Shown: positions 1 through 10,599, counted from the first letter of the stretch. The stretch is 64,000 bases of DNA from Rikenellaceae bacterium (GCA_047172505.1 JBCQWE010000007.1:5198-69197); one strand, 5' to 3'. Notes: a model not told the origin generated them from the sequence alone. Made by a program: numbers and translations.

Positions 1-1
1 C

Positions 2-859
2 GAGGTTGCGCAAAGCAGCCTCGAAATTAGCGAAAAGAGCCAGGAGCAAGGGGCCGCTTTTCTTGCGGCGGGTACCATCAACCAGGCCGACTACGCACAA
101 TTGGAGAGCGCCACGGCATCGAGCAAATATAGCGTTGTGGTGGCCGAAACGCAGCTAAGCAGCCTTTACGTCGCGTTGCGACACTTGCTCGAAATCCCCT
201 ACGATGTGGAGTTCGCCGTCGAGGAGATCGCACTTTCCGACGATGTTCTGTTGGCGCAAATCCCCACTGTAGTAGATGTTTACCACTCTGCGCTCGACTC
301 GCGCCCCGAGATCCAATCGGCCGAATTATATATCCAATCGGCGCAATTCGACCAGACTATTGCCGAGTCGGGATTCTTGCCCAAACTAAGCCTCACGGCG
401 GGTACGGGAGTCAATCACAGCTCATCGAGCAGCTACGATTTTAGCAGTCAGATGCGCAACAACTTCTCAACTTCGGCAGGTCTAAACCTCTCGATACCAA
501 TCTTTAGCGGCTACATCAACCGCAGCAATGTCGCCATTGCGAAGAATAGTGTGAAAACCGCCGAACTCTCGCTTAGCGAGGCCGAAAAGGATCTCTACCA
601 AACCATCGAGACACTTCGCAACAACGCGGCAAATGCTCAGGCGATCTACTCTGTGTCGGAGTATATGTTGCAGGCAAATCTTAAGAGCATGGAGCTCACA
701 ACCGAGCAATATGAGGTGGGTCTAAAGAGCACGATCGAGCTGCTCACCGAACAAGATAACTACAACCAGACCTACCAAGATTATTTGATCAATAAGTATC
801 AACTTATCCTCAATAAGGCGCTGCTCAACTATTACAAAACGAATATAATTAAATTATAA
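2..859 (+). CDS. TolC-family outer membrane efflux protein (5' end outside window)
   Basis: Frame open from base 2; OEP-like C-terminal half (SRPEIQSA, FLPKLSLTAG, GLNLSIPIFSG, QYEVGLKSTIELL); first gene of an efflux operon. Confidence 0.9.
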   Translation, partial: EVAQSSLEISEKSQEQGAAFLAAGTINQADYAQLESATASSKYSVVVAETQLSSLYVALRHLLEIPYDVEFAVEEIALSDDVLLAQIPTVVDVYHSALDSRPEIQSAELYIQSAQFDQTIAESGFLPKLSLTAGTGVNHSSSSSYDFSSQMRNNFSTSAGLNLSIPIFSGYINRSNVAIAKNSVKTAELSLSEAEKDLYQTIETLRNNAANAQAIYSVSEYMLQANLKSMELTTEQYEVGLKSTIELLTEQDNYNQTYQDYLINKYQLILNKALLNYYKTNIIKL

Positions 860-864
860 TAACC

Positions 865-2052
865 ATGATGATGAAGAAAAAAATTATAATTGGAGCCCTC
901 GTGGTGGCTCTACTGGCAGCAGTGGCGATTTTCCTATTGCCCTCAAATGCCAAACCTAGCGATGTGGAGTGGACCACAACGACCGTAAAAAAGCAGAGTA
1001 TCGTGCAGAGTATCACCGCGACAGGTACCGTCGAACCAGTGACATTGGTCGATGTCGGAACCCAGGTTTCGGGAATCTTGACCAACCTCTACGTCGACTA
1101 TAATAGCGTGGTGAAAAAGGGGCAAGTGATCGCCGAGCTCGACAAAAGCACCTTGTTGCTCGACCGCAATAGTAGCCACAATAGTGTGGCCGTAGCGCAG
1201 AGCACGCTCGACTACCAAGCCTCTAATTTTAAGCGTGTTGAGGCTCTGTACAAGAAAAATCTTATTGCCGAGAGCGACTACGATTTGGCGCTATTCGACT
1301 ACGAGTGCGCAAAAAATAATTTGGAGATCGCAAAGAACACCTTGGCTCGCGCAGAGATCAACCTTGGCTACGCGACGATCTACTCGCCAATCGATGGCGT
1401 GATCATCTCGCGAAGCGTGGAGGAGGGTCAAACCGTGGCTTCGAGCTTCAGCACACCAACACTCTTCACCGTTGCGGCCGATTTGAGCGACATGCGCGTT
1501 ATTGTCGATGTCGACGAGGCCGATATAGGTAATGTGGCTGTAGGTCAGCGCGCTACGTTCACCGTCGATGCCTTCCCGCTCGAAATCTTCGAGGGCTTTG
1601 TGACCGAGGTGCGCCAAGAGGCGATCGTCGAGAGCAATGTAACAACCTACGAGGTGGTTATCTCGGCGGCAAACCCCGACTTGAAACTTAAACCAGGCCT
1701 TACGGCAAGTGTCGAGGTCTTTATCTTAGATATAGAGTGCGAGAAAGTTGTCTCGGCTGCGGCGCTGGCATTCACCCCAATCATGCCCGAGGGTGGTCCC
1801 GAAGGTGAGGAGAACTCGCGCCCCGCTCCAACAGGCCCCGTAGTATGGGTAATGAGCGGCGAGCGCCCCGAACCTTGCATGGTTACAGTAGGTGCTACGA
1901 ACGGAATTGTGACAGAGATCATTGGAGATATTGAAATCAACGCCGAGGTGGTGACAGGCATGGAGATCCTAAAGGCGATGCCTGCAGGAGGCCCACCAGA
2001 GGGTTCAAGCGAATCGAATCCATTCTTGCCCAAACACCCAGGCCAAAAATAG
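865..2052 (+). CDS. MacA-like efflux periplasmic adaptor subunit
   Basis: N-terminal TM anchor; TGTVEPVTLVDVGTQVSG, IYSPIDGVI, VDEADIG and LKPGLTA motifs of membrane-fusion proteins. Confidence 0.92.
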   Translation: MMMKKKIIIGALVVALLAAVAIFLLPSNAKPSDVEWTTTTVKKQSIVQSITATGTVEPVTLVDVGTQVSGILTNLYVDYNSVVKKGQVIAELDKSTLLLDRNSSHNSVAVAQSTLDYQASNFKRVEALYKKNLIAESDYDLALFDYECAKNNLEIAKNTLARAEINLGYATIYSPIDGVIISRSVEEGQTVASSFSTPTLFTVAADLSDMRVIVDVDEADIGNVAVGQRATFTVDAFPLEIFEGFVTEVRQEAIVESNVTTYEVVISAANPDLKLKPGLTASVEVFILDIECEKVVSAAALAFTPIMPEGGPEGEENSRPAPTGPVVWVMSGERPEPCMVTVGATNGIVTEIIGDIEINAEVVTGMEILKAMPAGGPPEGSSESNPFLPKHPGQK

Positions 2053-2061
2053 GAGGGCGCT

Positions 2062-2805
2062 ATGAGCAAGAAAGTAATAGAATTGAAGAACGTCACACGG
2101 CACTTCCAGGTTGGAGATGAGACAGTTAAGGCGCTGCGAGGAGTCTCATTTTCGATTGACGAGGGTGAATTTGTCACCATCATGGGAACCTCGGGAAGCG
2201 GCAAGAGTACGCTGCTCAACATCTTGGGCTGTTTGGATATGCCCACCTCGGGCGACTTCTACCTCGATGGAATCCCCGTTGCGGGAATGAGCAAAAACAA
2301 GAGCGCAGGGTTGCGCAATCAGAAGATTGGCTTCATCTTCCAAAACTATAACCTTTTGGCAAAAACCACCGCGGTGGCCAACGTCGAATTGCCGTTGTTG
2401 TATTCGCCAGGGGTCTCGGCTTCGGAGCGCCAAGCGCGTGCTATAGAGGCACTCGAAGCGGTGGGATTGGGCGATAGACTCTACCACAAAAGCAACCAGA
2501 TGAGTGGTGGACAGATGCAACGCGTGGCCATCGCCCGCGCCTTGGTTAATCGCCCTGCGGTGATCTTGGCCGACGAGGCAACGGGAAACCTCGACACACG
2601 CACCTCGTTCGAGATCTTGGTCTTAATGCAGAAGCTTCACGCCGAGGGACGCACCATAATTTTTGTTACGCACAACCCCGAGATGGCGGAATTTTCGAGC
2701 CGCAACATCATGCTGCGCGACGGTCGCATCAAGAGCGACACGCTCAACCCCAAGGTGAGTAGCGCTGTGGAGGCACTGGCGGCATTGCCCGTAACCGAAG
2801 ATTAA
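2062..2805 (+). CDS. ABC transporter ATP-binding protein (MacB/LolD type)
   Basis: Walker [10 protein letters not shown], signature MSGGQMQR, Walker B ILADE, VTHN. Confidence 0.95.
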   Translation: MSKKVIELKNVTRHFQVGDETVKALRGVSFSIDEGEFVTIMGTSGSGKSTLLNILGCLDMPTSGDFYLDGIPVAGMSKNKSAGLRNQKIGFIFQNYNLLAKTTAVANVELPLLYSPGVSASERQARAIEALEAVGLGDRLYHKSNQMSGGQMQRVAIARALVNRPAVILADEATGNLDTRTSFEILVLMQKLHAEGRTIIFVTHNPEMAEFSSRNIMLRDGRIKSDTLNPKVSSAVEALAALPVTED

Positions 2806-2809
2806 AAAA

Positions 2810-3026
2810 TAGTTGGTGCGTAAAGTTTTGTCGTCATCCTGACCCCAGGTCGTCATCCTGACCCCAGGTCGTCATTCTGACCCCAGGTCGTCATCCTGAA
2901 CTTGATTCAGGATCTCGAAGAATAAATAGTTAGAGATTGCGGATCAAGTCCGCAATGACGGTAATGAGGTATGACGAATTTATATTTATTAACACATTAA
3001 TCTCTTTGATTAATGCACCATGACTA
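2810..3026 (+). mobile_element. MITE-like REP cassette, shell type 1, copy 1
   Basis: Ends TAGTTGGTGCGTAAA / TTAATGCACCATGACTA are imperfect inverted repeats. Inside: 3 x 19-nt GTCGTCATYCTGACCCCAG, REP CGTCATCCTGAACTTGATTCAGGATCTC, inverted REP GAGATTGCGGATCAAGTCCGCAATGACG (2933-2960), AT-rich tail. Confidence 0.7.
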
Positions 3027-3040
3027 ATTAAACAGTAACT

Positions 3041-4261
3041 ATGAGAATAGCAAATCTAACATCAATAGCCATCAAGGCGCTAGGAAACAACAAGATGCGG
3101 GCATTTTTAACCATGCTCGGAATCATTATCGGCGTGGGCTCGGTCATCACGATGCTTGCCATTGGTCAAGGGTCGAAGGCCAGTATCAACACTCAGATCT
3201 CGGAGATGGGATCCAACATGATTATGATTCAACCAGGCGAAGATGTGCGCGGTGGTGTCACGCGCGATGCCTCGTCGATGCAGACCCTCAAAATCGAGGA
3301 TTACAACTCGCTCTGCGAGATGACCGACGTTTTGGCGGCGGTGAGCCCCGTGGTATCGTCGTCGGGCCAATTTGTCTACGCGGGCAGCAACTACCCCTCG
3401 ACCATCACGGGCGTTACAAGTGGTTACCTCGACATCCGCCAACTCAAATTGGCGAGCGGCACGATGTTCACCGATATGGATGTCACCACTTCGGCCAAGG
3501 TGTGCGTAATAGGTAAGACGATCCAGGAGAATCTTTTCCCCGATGGCGAGGACCCTGTGGGTAAGGTTATCCGCTTCAAAACCATCCCGATGCGTATCAT
3601 TGGAGTGTTGGAGGAGAAGGGCTACAACACTATGGGTATGGACCAAGATGCTATCGTTTTGGCACCCTACACCTGCGTGATGAAACGTATCTTGGCGGTA
3701 ACCTACCTTAGCCAAATCTACGCTAGCGCCGTGGTCGAGGACGACACCGAAGAGGTGATCGAGCAGATCACCGAGCGCCTGCGCGCCAACCATAAATTGA
3801 CAACCTACGCCCCCGACGACTTCTCGATCCGCTCGCAGCAAGAGCTCGCGACGATGCTCAACTCCACTACAAGCCTTATGACAACCCTGCTGGCTTGCGT
3901 GGCGGCTATTTCGCTTATCGTCGGCGGTATCGGAATCATGAATATCATGTACGTGTCGGTCACCGAGCGCACCAAGGAGATTGGTCTGCGCATGTCGGTT
4001 GGAGGGCGCGGTGTCGACATCTTGGCACAATTCCTCATCGAGGCGATCATCATTAGCGTTGCGGGAGGTATCCTGGGCGTGGTGTTGGGATGCGTTGCGG
4101 CGTGGGGTGTCAACTACTTCGCTTCGTGGCCTGTGCAGGTCGAGAGTTGGACGATCCTCCTCTCGTTTGCCGTGTGTAGTGTCACTGGAGTATTCTTTGG
4201 GTGGTATCCCGCCAAAAAAGCTGCGGCACTCAACCCAATCGATGCGATACGTTACGAATAA
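3041..4261 (+). CDS. ABC transporter permease (MacB/FtsX family)
   Basis: RAFLTMLGIIIGV, ISLIVGGIGIMNIMYVSVTERTKEIGLR, C-terminal PAKKAAALNPIDAIRYE. Confidence 0.95.
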   Translation: MRIANLTSIAIKALGNNKMRAFLTMLGIIIGVGSVITMLAIGQGSKASINTQISEMGSNMIMIQPGEDVRGGVTRDASSMQTLKIEDYNSLCEMTDVLAAVSPVVSSSGQFVYAGSNYPSTITGVTSGYLDIRQLKLASGTMFTDMDVTTSAKVCVIGKTIQENLFPDGEDPVGKVIRFKTIPMRIIGVLEEKGYNTMGMDQDAIVLAPYTCVMKRILAVTYLSQIYASAVVEDDTEEVIEQITERLRANHKLTTYAPDDFSIRSQQELATMLNSTTSLMTTLLACVAAISLIVGGIGIMNIMYVSVTERTKEIGLRMSVGGRGVDILAQFLIEAIIISVAGGILGVVLGCVAAWGVNYFASWPVQVESWTILLSFAVCSVTGVFFGWYPAKKAAALNPIDAIRYE

Positions 4262-4266
4262 AATCG

Positions 4267-4274
4267 TATATTTG
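4267..4274 (+). promoter_or_regulatory. Bacteroidota -7 promoter box immediately before the histidine kinase start
   Basis: TATATTTG matches TAnnTTTG; ATG follows at 4279. Confidence 0.55.
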
Positions 4275-4278
4275 TGCT

Positions 4279-5334
4279 ATGAAGCTAGATATTATAGGTA
4301 AAAAGCGGCGAATGCTCATGCTCCAACTCCTGGGTTGGGGTGTGATCTTAGCTACCACGCTCTTTTGGAGCTTTGGGTCGAATGGCAGCGGCATTGACTC
4401 GTTTGGTATTGCGCAACTGTCGATCAATATCGCAATTTTCCTTGTTATATATCTGTTGAACTATCTTGCGTTCATCCCTCGATTTCTGTTCCAGGATAGC
4501 CGCAGGGGCTACTTTGTGGCAAATTTGATCTTGGTTTTTGTGCTGCTCTGCTGCTCCTATGCCCTCAATTCGTTGGGGTTATTGGACCCGCTCAAACCTG
4601 CCGACATGCCGCTGCGACCTCATGGCGGGGCGATGTATTTGGTGCGCAACCTGATAAACTACATCTTGATGATAGGATTGGTGACAGCTATGCGCCTTGC
4701 CGACCGCTTGGAAAAGAGCGAGAGTGCACTGCGCGAGGCTGAAAACGCCAGAGTCAAGGCCGAGCTCGACAACCTGAGAAGCCAAATCAACCCCCACTTC
4801 TTGCTCAACACCCTAAACAACATCTACGCGCTCACGACCATCGACATCGAAAAGGCGCAAAAGACGATCAAGGAGCTGAGCAACTTGCTGCGTTACATCC
4901 TCTACGACAACCTCGGCGAGCGCGTTTCGTTGCGGGGCGAGGTGGAATTTATCCGCACCTACATCGAACTTATGAGCATCCGCCTGCCGCGCAAGGTCGA
5001 GGTCACAACAGAGTTTAAAATCGCGGAGAATTGCACTACGCAGATCGCACCGCTGATCTTCATTTCGCTTATCGAGAACGCTTTCAAACATAGCGTAAGT
5101 GCTCAGGGCGAGGGCTTTATAAAGATACATTTCGAAGATAGAGTAGAGCGCGGAGAAGTTATCCTCGCGATCGAAAATACCAACCATGCCAAGGCCGAGG
5201 AGGATAAAAGTGGCCACGGAATCGGGCTCGAACAGGTGCGCCGCCGCCTAGAATTACTCTACCCCAACGCCCACTCGTGGGAGGTTGAAAGTAGCGCCGA
5301 GGTATACAGAAGCACATTAACGCTCAAAAGTTAG
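4279..5334 (+). CDS. LytS/YehU-type sensor histidine kinase
   Basis: About 4 TM segments, H-box LRSQINPHFLLNTLNNIYAL, N-box LIENAFKH, G-box GHGIGL; start moved to ATG 4279 because 4201 overlaps the permease. Confidence 0.92.
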   Translation: MKLDIIGKKRRMLMLQLLGWGVILATTLFWSFGSNGSGIDSFGIAQLSINIAIFLVIYLLNYLAFIPRFLFQDSRRGYFVANLILVFVLLCCSYALNSLGLLDPLKPADMPLRPHGGAMYLVRNLINYILMIGLVTAMRLADRLEKSESALREAENARVKAELDNLRSQINPHFLLNTLNNIYALTTIDIEKAQKTIKELSNLLRYILYDNLGERVSLRGEVEFIRTYIELMSIRLPRKVEVTTEFKIAENCTTQIAPLIFISLIENAFKHSVSAQGEGFIKIHFEDRVERGEVILAIENTNHAKAEEDKSGHGIGLEQVRRRLELLYPNAHSWEVESSAEVYRSTLTLKS

Positions 5335-5337
5335 ACC

Positions 5338-6075
5338 ATGAAACTCAAGACGATAGTTATAGACGACGAGCCTTTGGCAGCGATGCTGTTGGAGGGCTAT
5401 GTCGAGAAAACGCCATTTTTGGAACTCACGGCAACATTCTCCACCGCGGTCGAAGCTATCGATAGCGAGGCTCTTGCCACGGCCGATCTGCTGCTGCTCG
5501 ACATCCAGATGCCAACGCTCACAGGGTTGGAATTTAGCCGCATGGTCGACCCGCGAACACGCATAATTTTCACCACAGCCTTTAACCAATATGCGCTCGA
5601 TGGCTACAGGGTCAACGCCCTGGATTACCTGCTCAAACCCATCTCCTACACCGATTTTTTGGTCGCGGCACAAAAGGCTTTCGAGTGGTTTAAACTCAAA
5701 GAGCGCGCCGAGGGCGTGGGCGAGCAGGATGCGAAAACCGAGGCGGCACAGATCGACTCGATTTACGTGAAATCGGAATATAAGCTGCTCCGCATCGAGC
5801 TGTGCAAGATCCTATATGTCGAAGGATTAAAGGATTACGTGAAATTTTACTTAGAGGGTGAGCCTAAGCCAATCCTCTCGCTGATGAATATGAAAAAGGC
5901 CGAAGAGATACTTCCCGCCTCGCAATTTATCCGCGTCCACCGCTCCTACATCGTCCGCAAAGATAAGATCAAAGTGATCGAGCGGAGCCGAATCGTGTTC
6001 GAGGAGGAGCGTATTCCCATTGGCGAGAGCTACAAGGAGCAGTTAAACGAATATCTAAAACTGCGCAGCGTGTAA
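5338..6075 (+). CDS. LytTR-family response regulator
   Basis: IDDEPLA, LLDIQMP, DYLLKP receiver domain; FIRVHRSYIV LytTR domain. Confidence 0.95.
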   Translation: MKLKTIVIDDEPLAAMLLEGYVEKTPFLELTATFSTAVEAIDSEALATADLLLLDIQMPTLTGLEFSRMVDPRTRIIFTTAFNQYALDGYRVNALDYLLKPISYTDFLVAAQKAFEWFKLKERAEGVGEQDAKTEAAQIDSIYVKSEYKLLRIELCKILYVEGLKDYVKFYLEGEPKPILSLMNMKKAEEILPASQFIRVHRSYIVRKDKIKVIERSRIVFEEERIPIGESYKEQLNEYLKLRSV

Positions 6076-6084
6076 GAGAACTTG

Positions 6085-6537
6085 TTACTCGCTAACGTCC
6101 ACCGTGTCAAGAGCTTCTGCGGCGGGAGCTTCTGCGGCTTCTATCTGGGTGAAGTTGCTAAGATCCATCTTCTCGCGCATGACAAAGGCGTTGGGGAATA
6201 CCTTGCGGATGCTTTCAAAGAGCATTATCGCCTCCTCTTCGGTGAGGCAATCTCCTGCCGAGACTTTGTAGTAGGGGCTCTCGTAGACCATATAAACTGG
6301 TTGGGTGGGAAAGTTCGAGGTGAAGAGTGCCTTTGCTTCGTTGGCCTTGCTGCGTGCGTCTTGACCATTGTCGAAGAAGATGCCTACGCGGTAGCCCATC
6401 ACCGTGGATGGTTGGCGGATGTTGTCGATCTGCGTAAGTGCTTTTTCTGCGCTTTCGCTCTTCTTCACTTTGAGCTGTTGCGCCGAAAGGGTGAGGGTGG
6501 AGCAGAGCGCAACGAGGATTATAATGATACTTTTCAT
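6085..6537 (-). CDS. SPOR-domain exported protein
   Basis: Signal peptide; GYRVGIF...YESPYYKVSAGD...FPNAFV pattern. Confidence 0.7.
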   Translation of the reverse strand: MKSIIIILVALCSTLTLSAQQLKVKKSESAEKALTQIDNIRQPSTVMGYRVGIFFDNGQDARSKANEAKALFTSNFPTQPVYMVYESPYYKVSAGDCLTEEEAIMLFESIRKVFPNAFVMREKMDLSNFTQIEAAEAPAAEALDTVDVSE

Positions 6538-6549
6538 AGCGTAATTATT

Positions 6550-7035
6550 TTATTTGTCGAGATTTAGCGATTTCATAAGTTCGGGCATCGAGAGGTCGGC
6601 GAAGTGATACTTGCGCGAGAGGAGCCCCATCTTGACCTTGGCATCGATGTCGACACGTAGCCCCTCGGCATCGCCTGCCAGCACTCGCTTCGAGGCGGAA
6701 AGCGCCGCCATGATATTCACGTCGCTCAGGCGCCAAATCGTTGGCACAAATACAGATTCCGTGCGGCGTGGGATCACAATTTCATCCTTCGCTGCGAGCG
6801 TGACGATCCCCTCGCCGCCCTGTTTGATGGTGATCACCACCTCGCGCAGTGTGATCTTGCGGGCACTCTGGTTGCGAAATTCGATGTCGGCCTTGACCCC
6901 CGCGAAACCCATAACTTCGAGCTTGTCGTAGCCCTCGATCGAGATTTTCTCGCTTAGTGCCTCGGCGCATGAGCTCAACGAGAGTGCTGCCACCACCACG
7001 AGAATATATCGTTTTAAACTTTTGATTTTCAGCAT
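6550..7035 (-). CDS. Lipoprotein, possibly LEA_2/WHy-like
   Basis: Lipobox LSSC after hydrophobic stretch; beta-rich body with FRNQS motif; tightly packed in operon. Confidence 0.55.
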   Translation of the reverse strand: MLKIKSLKRYILVVVAALSLSSCAEALSEKISIEGYDKLEVMGFAGVKADIEFRNQSARKITLREVVITIKQGGEGIVTLAAKDEIVIPRRTESVFVPTIWRLSDVNIMAALSASKRVLAGDAEGLRVDIDAKVKMGLLSRKYHFADLSMPELMKSLNLDK

Positions 7036-7038
7036 AAT

Positions 7039-7764
7039 CTACTCCTTTTTTACTCCAACATATATTTGTGCAACGCCCCAAAATTGGGCCTTGTTATAAC
7101 ATTTTTGCAGACCGCACTCCTCCATCAACTTTAAGAATTGGGCAGGCCTCTCGAACTCCTCGATCGACTCGGGCAGGTAGCTGTAAGCCTTCTTGTCGCG
7201 CGAGAGCAACCCTCCAATAAAGGGCATCACCCAACGCGAGTAGAGGCGGTAGAGCGGACCGATGAGCCAATTCTCGCACACGGCAAATTCCAGAACCACG
7301 AGGCTGCCCCCAGGACGCAACGTGCGGGTCATCTCGCCAACTCCTGCGCGCAAGTCGCCAAAGTTGCGAACTCCAAATGCCACAGTCACAACGTCGAACG
7401 AGCGGTCGGCCGAGTTCAACGATTCGGCAGCTCCGCAGACCAACTCTATCCTCCCTGCCAACCCTTTCTTTGCGATTTTGCGCTCCGCCACGGCCAACAT
7501 CCCCTCCGAGGGGTCGAGCGCCACAACCTTAGCATCGGGATTCCCCTTTGCTAGGGCTATAGCCAAATCGCCAGTCCCCGTTGCCACGTCGAGGATCGAG
7601 CGGGGGCGCAGCGATTGCGCTATCTTCACCACGTTTCTGCGCCACATCTTATCGATGTTGAGCGATAGGATGTGGTTTAGGCTGTCGTATGTGGGGGCGA
7701 TGTTGTTGAACATCTCGCGCACCTCTTCGCTCTTGGTTTTATTCTCTTGGTTGTAGGGTTTCAT
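7039..7764 (-). CDS. ubiE: Demethylmenaquinone methyltransferase UbiE/MenG
   Basis: MFNNIAPTYDSLNHILSL, ILDVATGTGD, VAFGVRNF, AYSYLPES. Confidence 0.93.
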   Translation of the reverse strand: MKPYNQENKTKSEEVREMFNNIAPTYDSLNHILSLNIDKMWRRNVVKIAQSLRPRSILDVATGTGDLAIALAKGNPDAKVVALDPSEGMLAVAERKIAKKGLAGRIELVCGAAESLNSADRSFDVVTVAFGVRNFGDLRAGVGEMTRTLRPGGSLVVLEFAVCENWLIGPLYRLYSRWVMPFIGGLLSRDKKAYSYLPESIEEFERPAQFLKLMEECGLQKCYNKAQFWGVAQIYVGVKKE

Positions 7765-9008
7765 TACTCAAATTTCAATGTTTTTTCTATCTTCACTCTG
7801 GCTACCATGCGCGTTGGGATTATCATAAGTGCCAATATCGCAGCCACAACCACGGCGTTGAGCACCACGATCCACCCCGCACTCAGTTCGATGGGGATAT
7901 GGTCCAGCAGGTAGCTCTGCGGGTCGAGACTCAGAAGGTGGAAGCGTTGTTGCAGTGCGCAGAGTGTGAGGGATATGCCGTTGCCCCAAAAGAGCGCATT
8001 GAGGATGATCGAGAGCGAGCGAAAGAGGAAAATTCGCTGCAATGCGCCATTGCTCATGCCCAACGATTTGAGCACGCCAATCATACGCGTGCGTTCCAAA
8101 ACCATGATCAGCAGCGCTGTGGCCATGTTGAAGCCTGCCACGATAAGCATTATAACGATGATGACCACCGCGTTGACGTTGTGCGCTTTCAGCCAATCGA
8201 AGATCGAGGGGTAGAGCGACTCGGAGGTGACGGCCATAAGGTTGCGCGTCTGGTCCAGATCGCCATAAACTAGCGCCTCGTTGAGCGCCTCGCATGCCGA
8301 AGTGGCAAAGCGGGCCGAGGGAAAATGAAGCTCGTAGCCCGAGATTTGGTCACTTTCCCATCCGTTGAGCCTCTGCACGTTGCGGATGTCGGTTATCACC
8401 ACCATCCGATCCCACTCGTCGAGCCCCGTGGAGTAGAGCCCGCTAACCTTGAAAAGGTCGCGCCGTAGCTCGCCGCTGCCCTCGCTGAGGATAAGTTCGA
8501 GCCGTGCCCCCACCTCGATAGCTAGCCTTTGCGCCAAGCTGCTCGATAGTAAAACCTCGCGCGTAGCGCTCTGTGAGGCGGTGTTGGGTAACTCTCCTTG
8601 GGTAAGCGACGATAGCAAAAAGCGGGTGTCGTAGAGCGAGTCGATGCCGCGGAGCATAATTCCTTCGATACCCTCGGGCGTGCGGACGATGCTTTGCAGG
8701 GTGGCGTAGGGCGAGATGTTGGTTGCCCCAAATTCCAATGTCGCAAGCTCTTCGAGTTCGGCACTTTTGCGCAGCGGTCGATTCTGCGAGCCCGAAAAAG
8801 TGGCAACGTCGCTTAAAATAGCCTCCGAGATAAATCCCGTGAGCGAGGAGCGCACCTCGCGCTTGAAGCCGAAAACGATCGACAGCGAGATGATCATAAT
8901 GGCCACGCTGAGAGCCACCGAAATAGTGGCTACGCGAACCATGATCGATGGTTTGCCCCCACTTTTTGCTTCGGCGCTGCGCTTGGCTATGAAATATTCT
9001 ATGCTCAC
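7764..9008 (-). CDS. lolE: Lipoprotein-releasing ABC permease LolC/E family
   Basis: Likely GTG start (VSIEYFIAKR); IVFGFKRE, VAGFNMATALLIMVLERTRMIGVLKSLGM. Confidence 0.85.
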   Translation of the reverse strand: MSIEYFIAKRSAEAKSGGKPSIMVRVATISVALSVAIMIISLSIVFGFKREVRSSLTGFISEAILSDVATFSGSQNRPLRKSAELEELATLEFGATNISPYATLQSIVRTPEGIEGIMLRGIDSLYDTRFLLSSLTQGELPNTASQSATREVLLSSSLAQRLAIEVGARLELILSEGSGELRRDLFKVSGLYSTGLDEWDRMVVITDIRNVQRLNGWESDQISGYELHFPSARFATSACEALNEALVYGDLDQTRNLMAVTSESLYPSIFDWLKAHNVNAVVIIVIMLIVAGFNMATALLIMVLERTRMIGVLKSLGMSNGALQRIFLFRSLSIILNALFWGNGISLTLCALQQRFHLLSLDPQSYLLDHIPIELSAGWIVVLNAVVVAAILALMIIPTRMVARVKIEKTLKFE

Positions 9009-9055
9009 TTTTAAAAAATCACTATAATAATATGCAAAGTAACACATTTTTTTGT

Positions 9056-9063
9056 TACTTTTG
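9056..9063 (+). promoter_or_regulatory. Bacteroidota -7 promoter box for the SDR/peptidase/O-acetylation run
   Basis: TACTTTTG about 20 nt before ATG 9083. Confidence 0.5.
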
Positions 9064-9082
9064 GCACAAAGAATTAACAATT

Positions 9083-9829
9083 ATGAACAAAAAAATAGCA
9101 CTTATCACTGGCGCAACGTCGGGAATTGGCGAGGCAACAGCTCTAAAGTTGGCCTCGATGGGCTACTCAATTATAATTACAGGTCGGCGCAAAGAGCGCC
9201 TGGAGAAGCTTTGCAGGCAGATCGAAGCCGCTGGCACAGAGTGTGTTACCTTGTGCTTCGACGTTCGCTCTGCGGCCGAGTGCGAAGAGTTTCTTTCGCC
9301 CATCCAAAGCGTCGACCTCTTGGTCAACAACGCGGGTCTAGCCTCGGGAATGGAACACATCGACGTGGGCGACCTAGCCGATTGGGACGCTATGATCGAC
9401 ACCAACGTCAAGGGTCTACTCTACGTCACTCGCATCATCGCGCCCAAGATGGTGGCAGCTCAGAGTGGCCACATCATCAACATCGGGTCGATCGCTGGCA
9501 CCGAAGCCTACGAAAATGGTGCCGTTTATTGCGCTTCGAAACATGCGGTGCATGCACTTTCGCAATCTATGCGCTCCGATCTGGTGGAGCACAACATCAA
9601 AGTGAGCGAGATTCGCCCAGGGATGGTCGAAACCGAATTCTCGATAGTGCGTTTCCATGGCGACGAGCAACGCGCCGACAAGGTCTACGAGGGGATCGAG
9701 CCACTTCGCGGAGCCGACATCGCCGAGGCGATAGGGTGGATCGCACAATTACCTGCCCACGTCAACGTTAACGATATAGTACTTATGCCGTCGAGACAAG
9801 CTTCGGCATTTAAAACATTTAGAAATTAG
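9083..9829 (+). CDS. SDR oxidoreductase (YdfG-like)
   Basis: TGATSGIG, NNAG, YCASK, PGMVETEFS. Confidence 0.92.
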   Translation: MNKKIALITGATSGIGEATALKLASMGYSIIITGRRKERLEKLCRQIEAAGTECVTLCFDVRSAAECEEFLSPIQSVDLLVNNAGLASGMEHIDVGDLADWDAMIDTNVKGLLYVTRIIAPKMVAAQSGHIINIGSIAGTEAYENGAVYCASKHAVHALSQSMRSDLVEHNIKVSEIRPGMVETEFSIVRFHGDEQRADKVYEGIEPLRGADIAEAIGWIAQLPAHVNVNDIVLMPSRQASAFKTFRN

Positions 9830-9831
9830 TT

Positions 9832-10599
9832 ATGATTTTCAACCTTCTTCAAGCAACAGGTGCCGCCGAGACGAGCAGCGCATATATGAATAGTTTTGCG
9901 GCTTTTTCGCAAACGGGTGCCTTTTTCCTTATGATTGGAATTGGTATCGTTGGTTTCGTGGTTCAATCGAAGCTTCAATCGGTATTCAAAAAATACTCGG
10001 CGGTGAGCTCTCCAGGCGGCATGACTGGTGCCGAGGCGGCAGCTAAGATGTTGCGCGACAACAACATCCACAACGTCAAAATCACTCAGGTCCGTGGTCA
10101 CCTCACCGACCACTTCAACCCCGCAAATATGACGGTGAACCTCAGCGAGAGCGTCTACAACAGCCGCAGCATAGCCGCAATCGCCGTTGCGTGTCACGAG
10201 TGTGGCCACGCAGTGCAACATGCGCGCAGCTACGCACCTTTGGTGTTGCGTTCGCAATTGGTGCCCGTGGTGAACTTCTCGTCGAGCATCGCTACGTGGG
10301 TTATCATCGCAGGTATGTTGATGCTTTCGACAGGCATGGGCGAGACCATCTGTTGGGTGGGTATCTGTTTGATCGGCATGTCGGCGGTCTTCTCAATTGT
10401 CACTCTGCCAGTCGAATACAACGCTTCGGCTCGCGCCCTAGAGTGGATGGAGTCGACCCGCACGGTTCAAGGCGTTCAACTTGGTCAGGCCCGCGAGGCA
10501 CTAAGTTGGGCTGCCCGCACCTACTTGGTGGCGGCGCTCTCGGCAATCGCCACGGTGCTCTACTACGTGATGATTGTGATGGGGCGCAACCGCGACTAG
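9832..10599 (+). CDS. Membrane zinc metallopeptidase (YugP-like)
   Basis: LTDHFNP, HECGHAVQH (HExxH), LPVEYNASARAL. Confidence 0.9.
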   Translation: MIFNLLQATGAAETSSAYMNSFAAFSQTGAFFLMIGIGIVGFVVQSKLQSVFKKYSAVSSPGGMTGAEAAAKMLRDNNIHNVKITQVRGHLTDHFNPANMTVNLSESVYNSRSIAAIAVACHECGHAVQHARSYAPLVLRSQLVPVVNFSSSIATWVIIAGMLMLSTGMGETICWVGICLIGMSAVFSIVTLPVEYNASARALEWMESTRTVQGVQLGQAREALSWAARTYLVAALSAIATVLYYVMIVMGRNRD

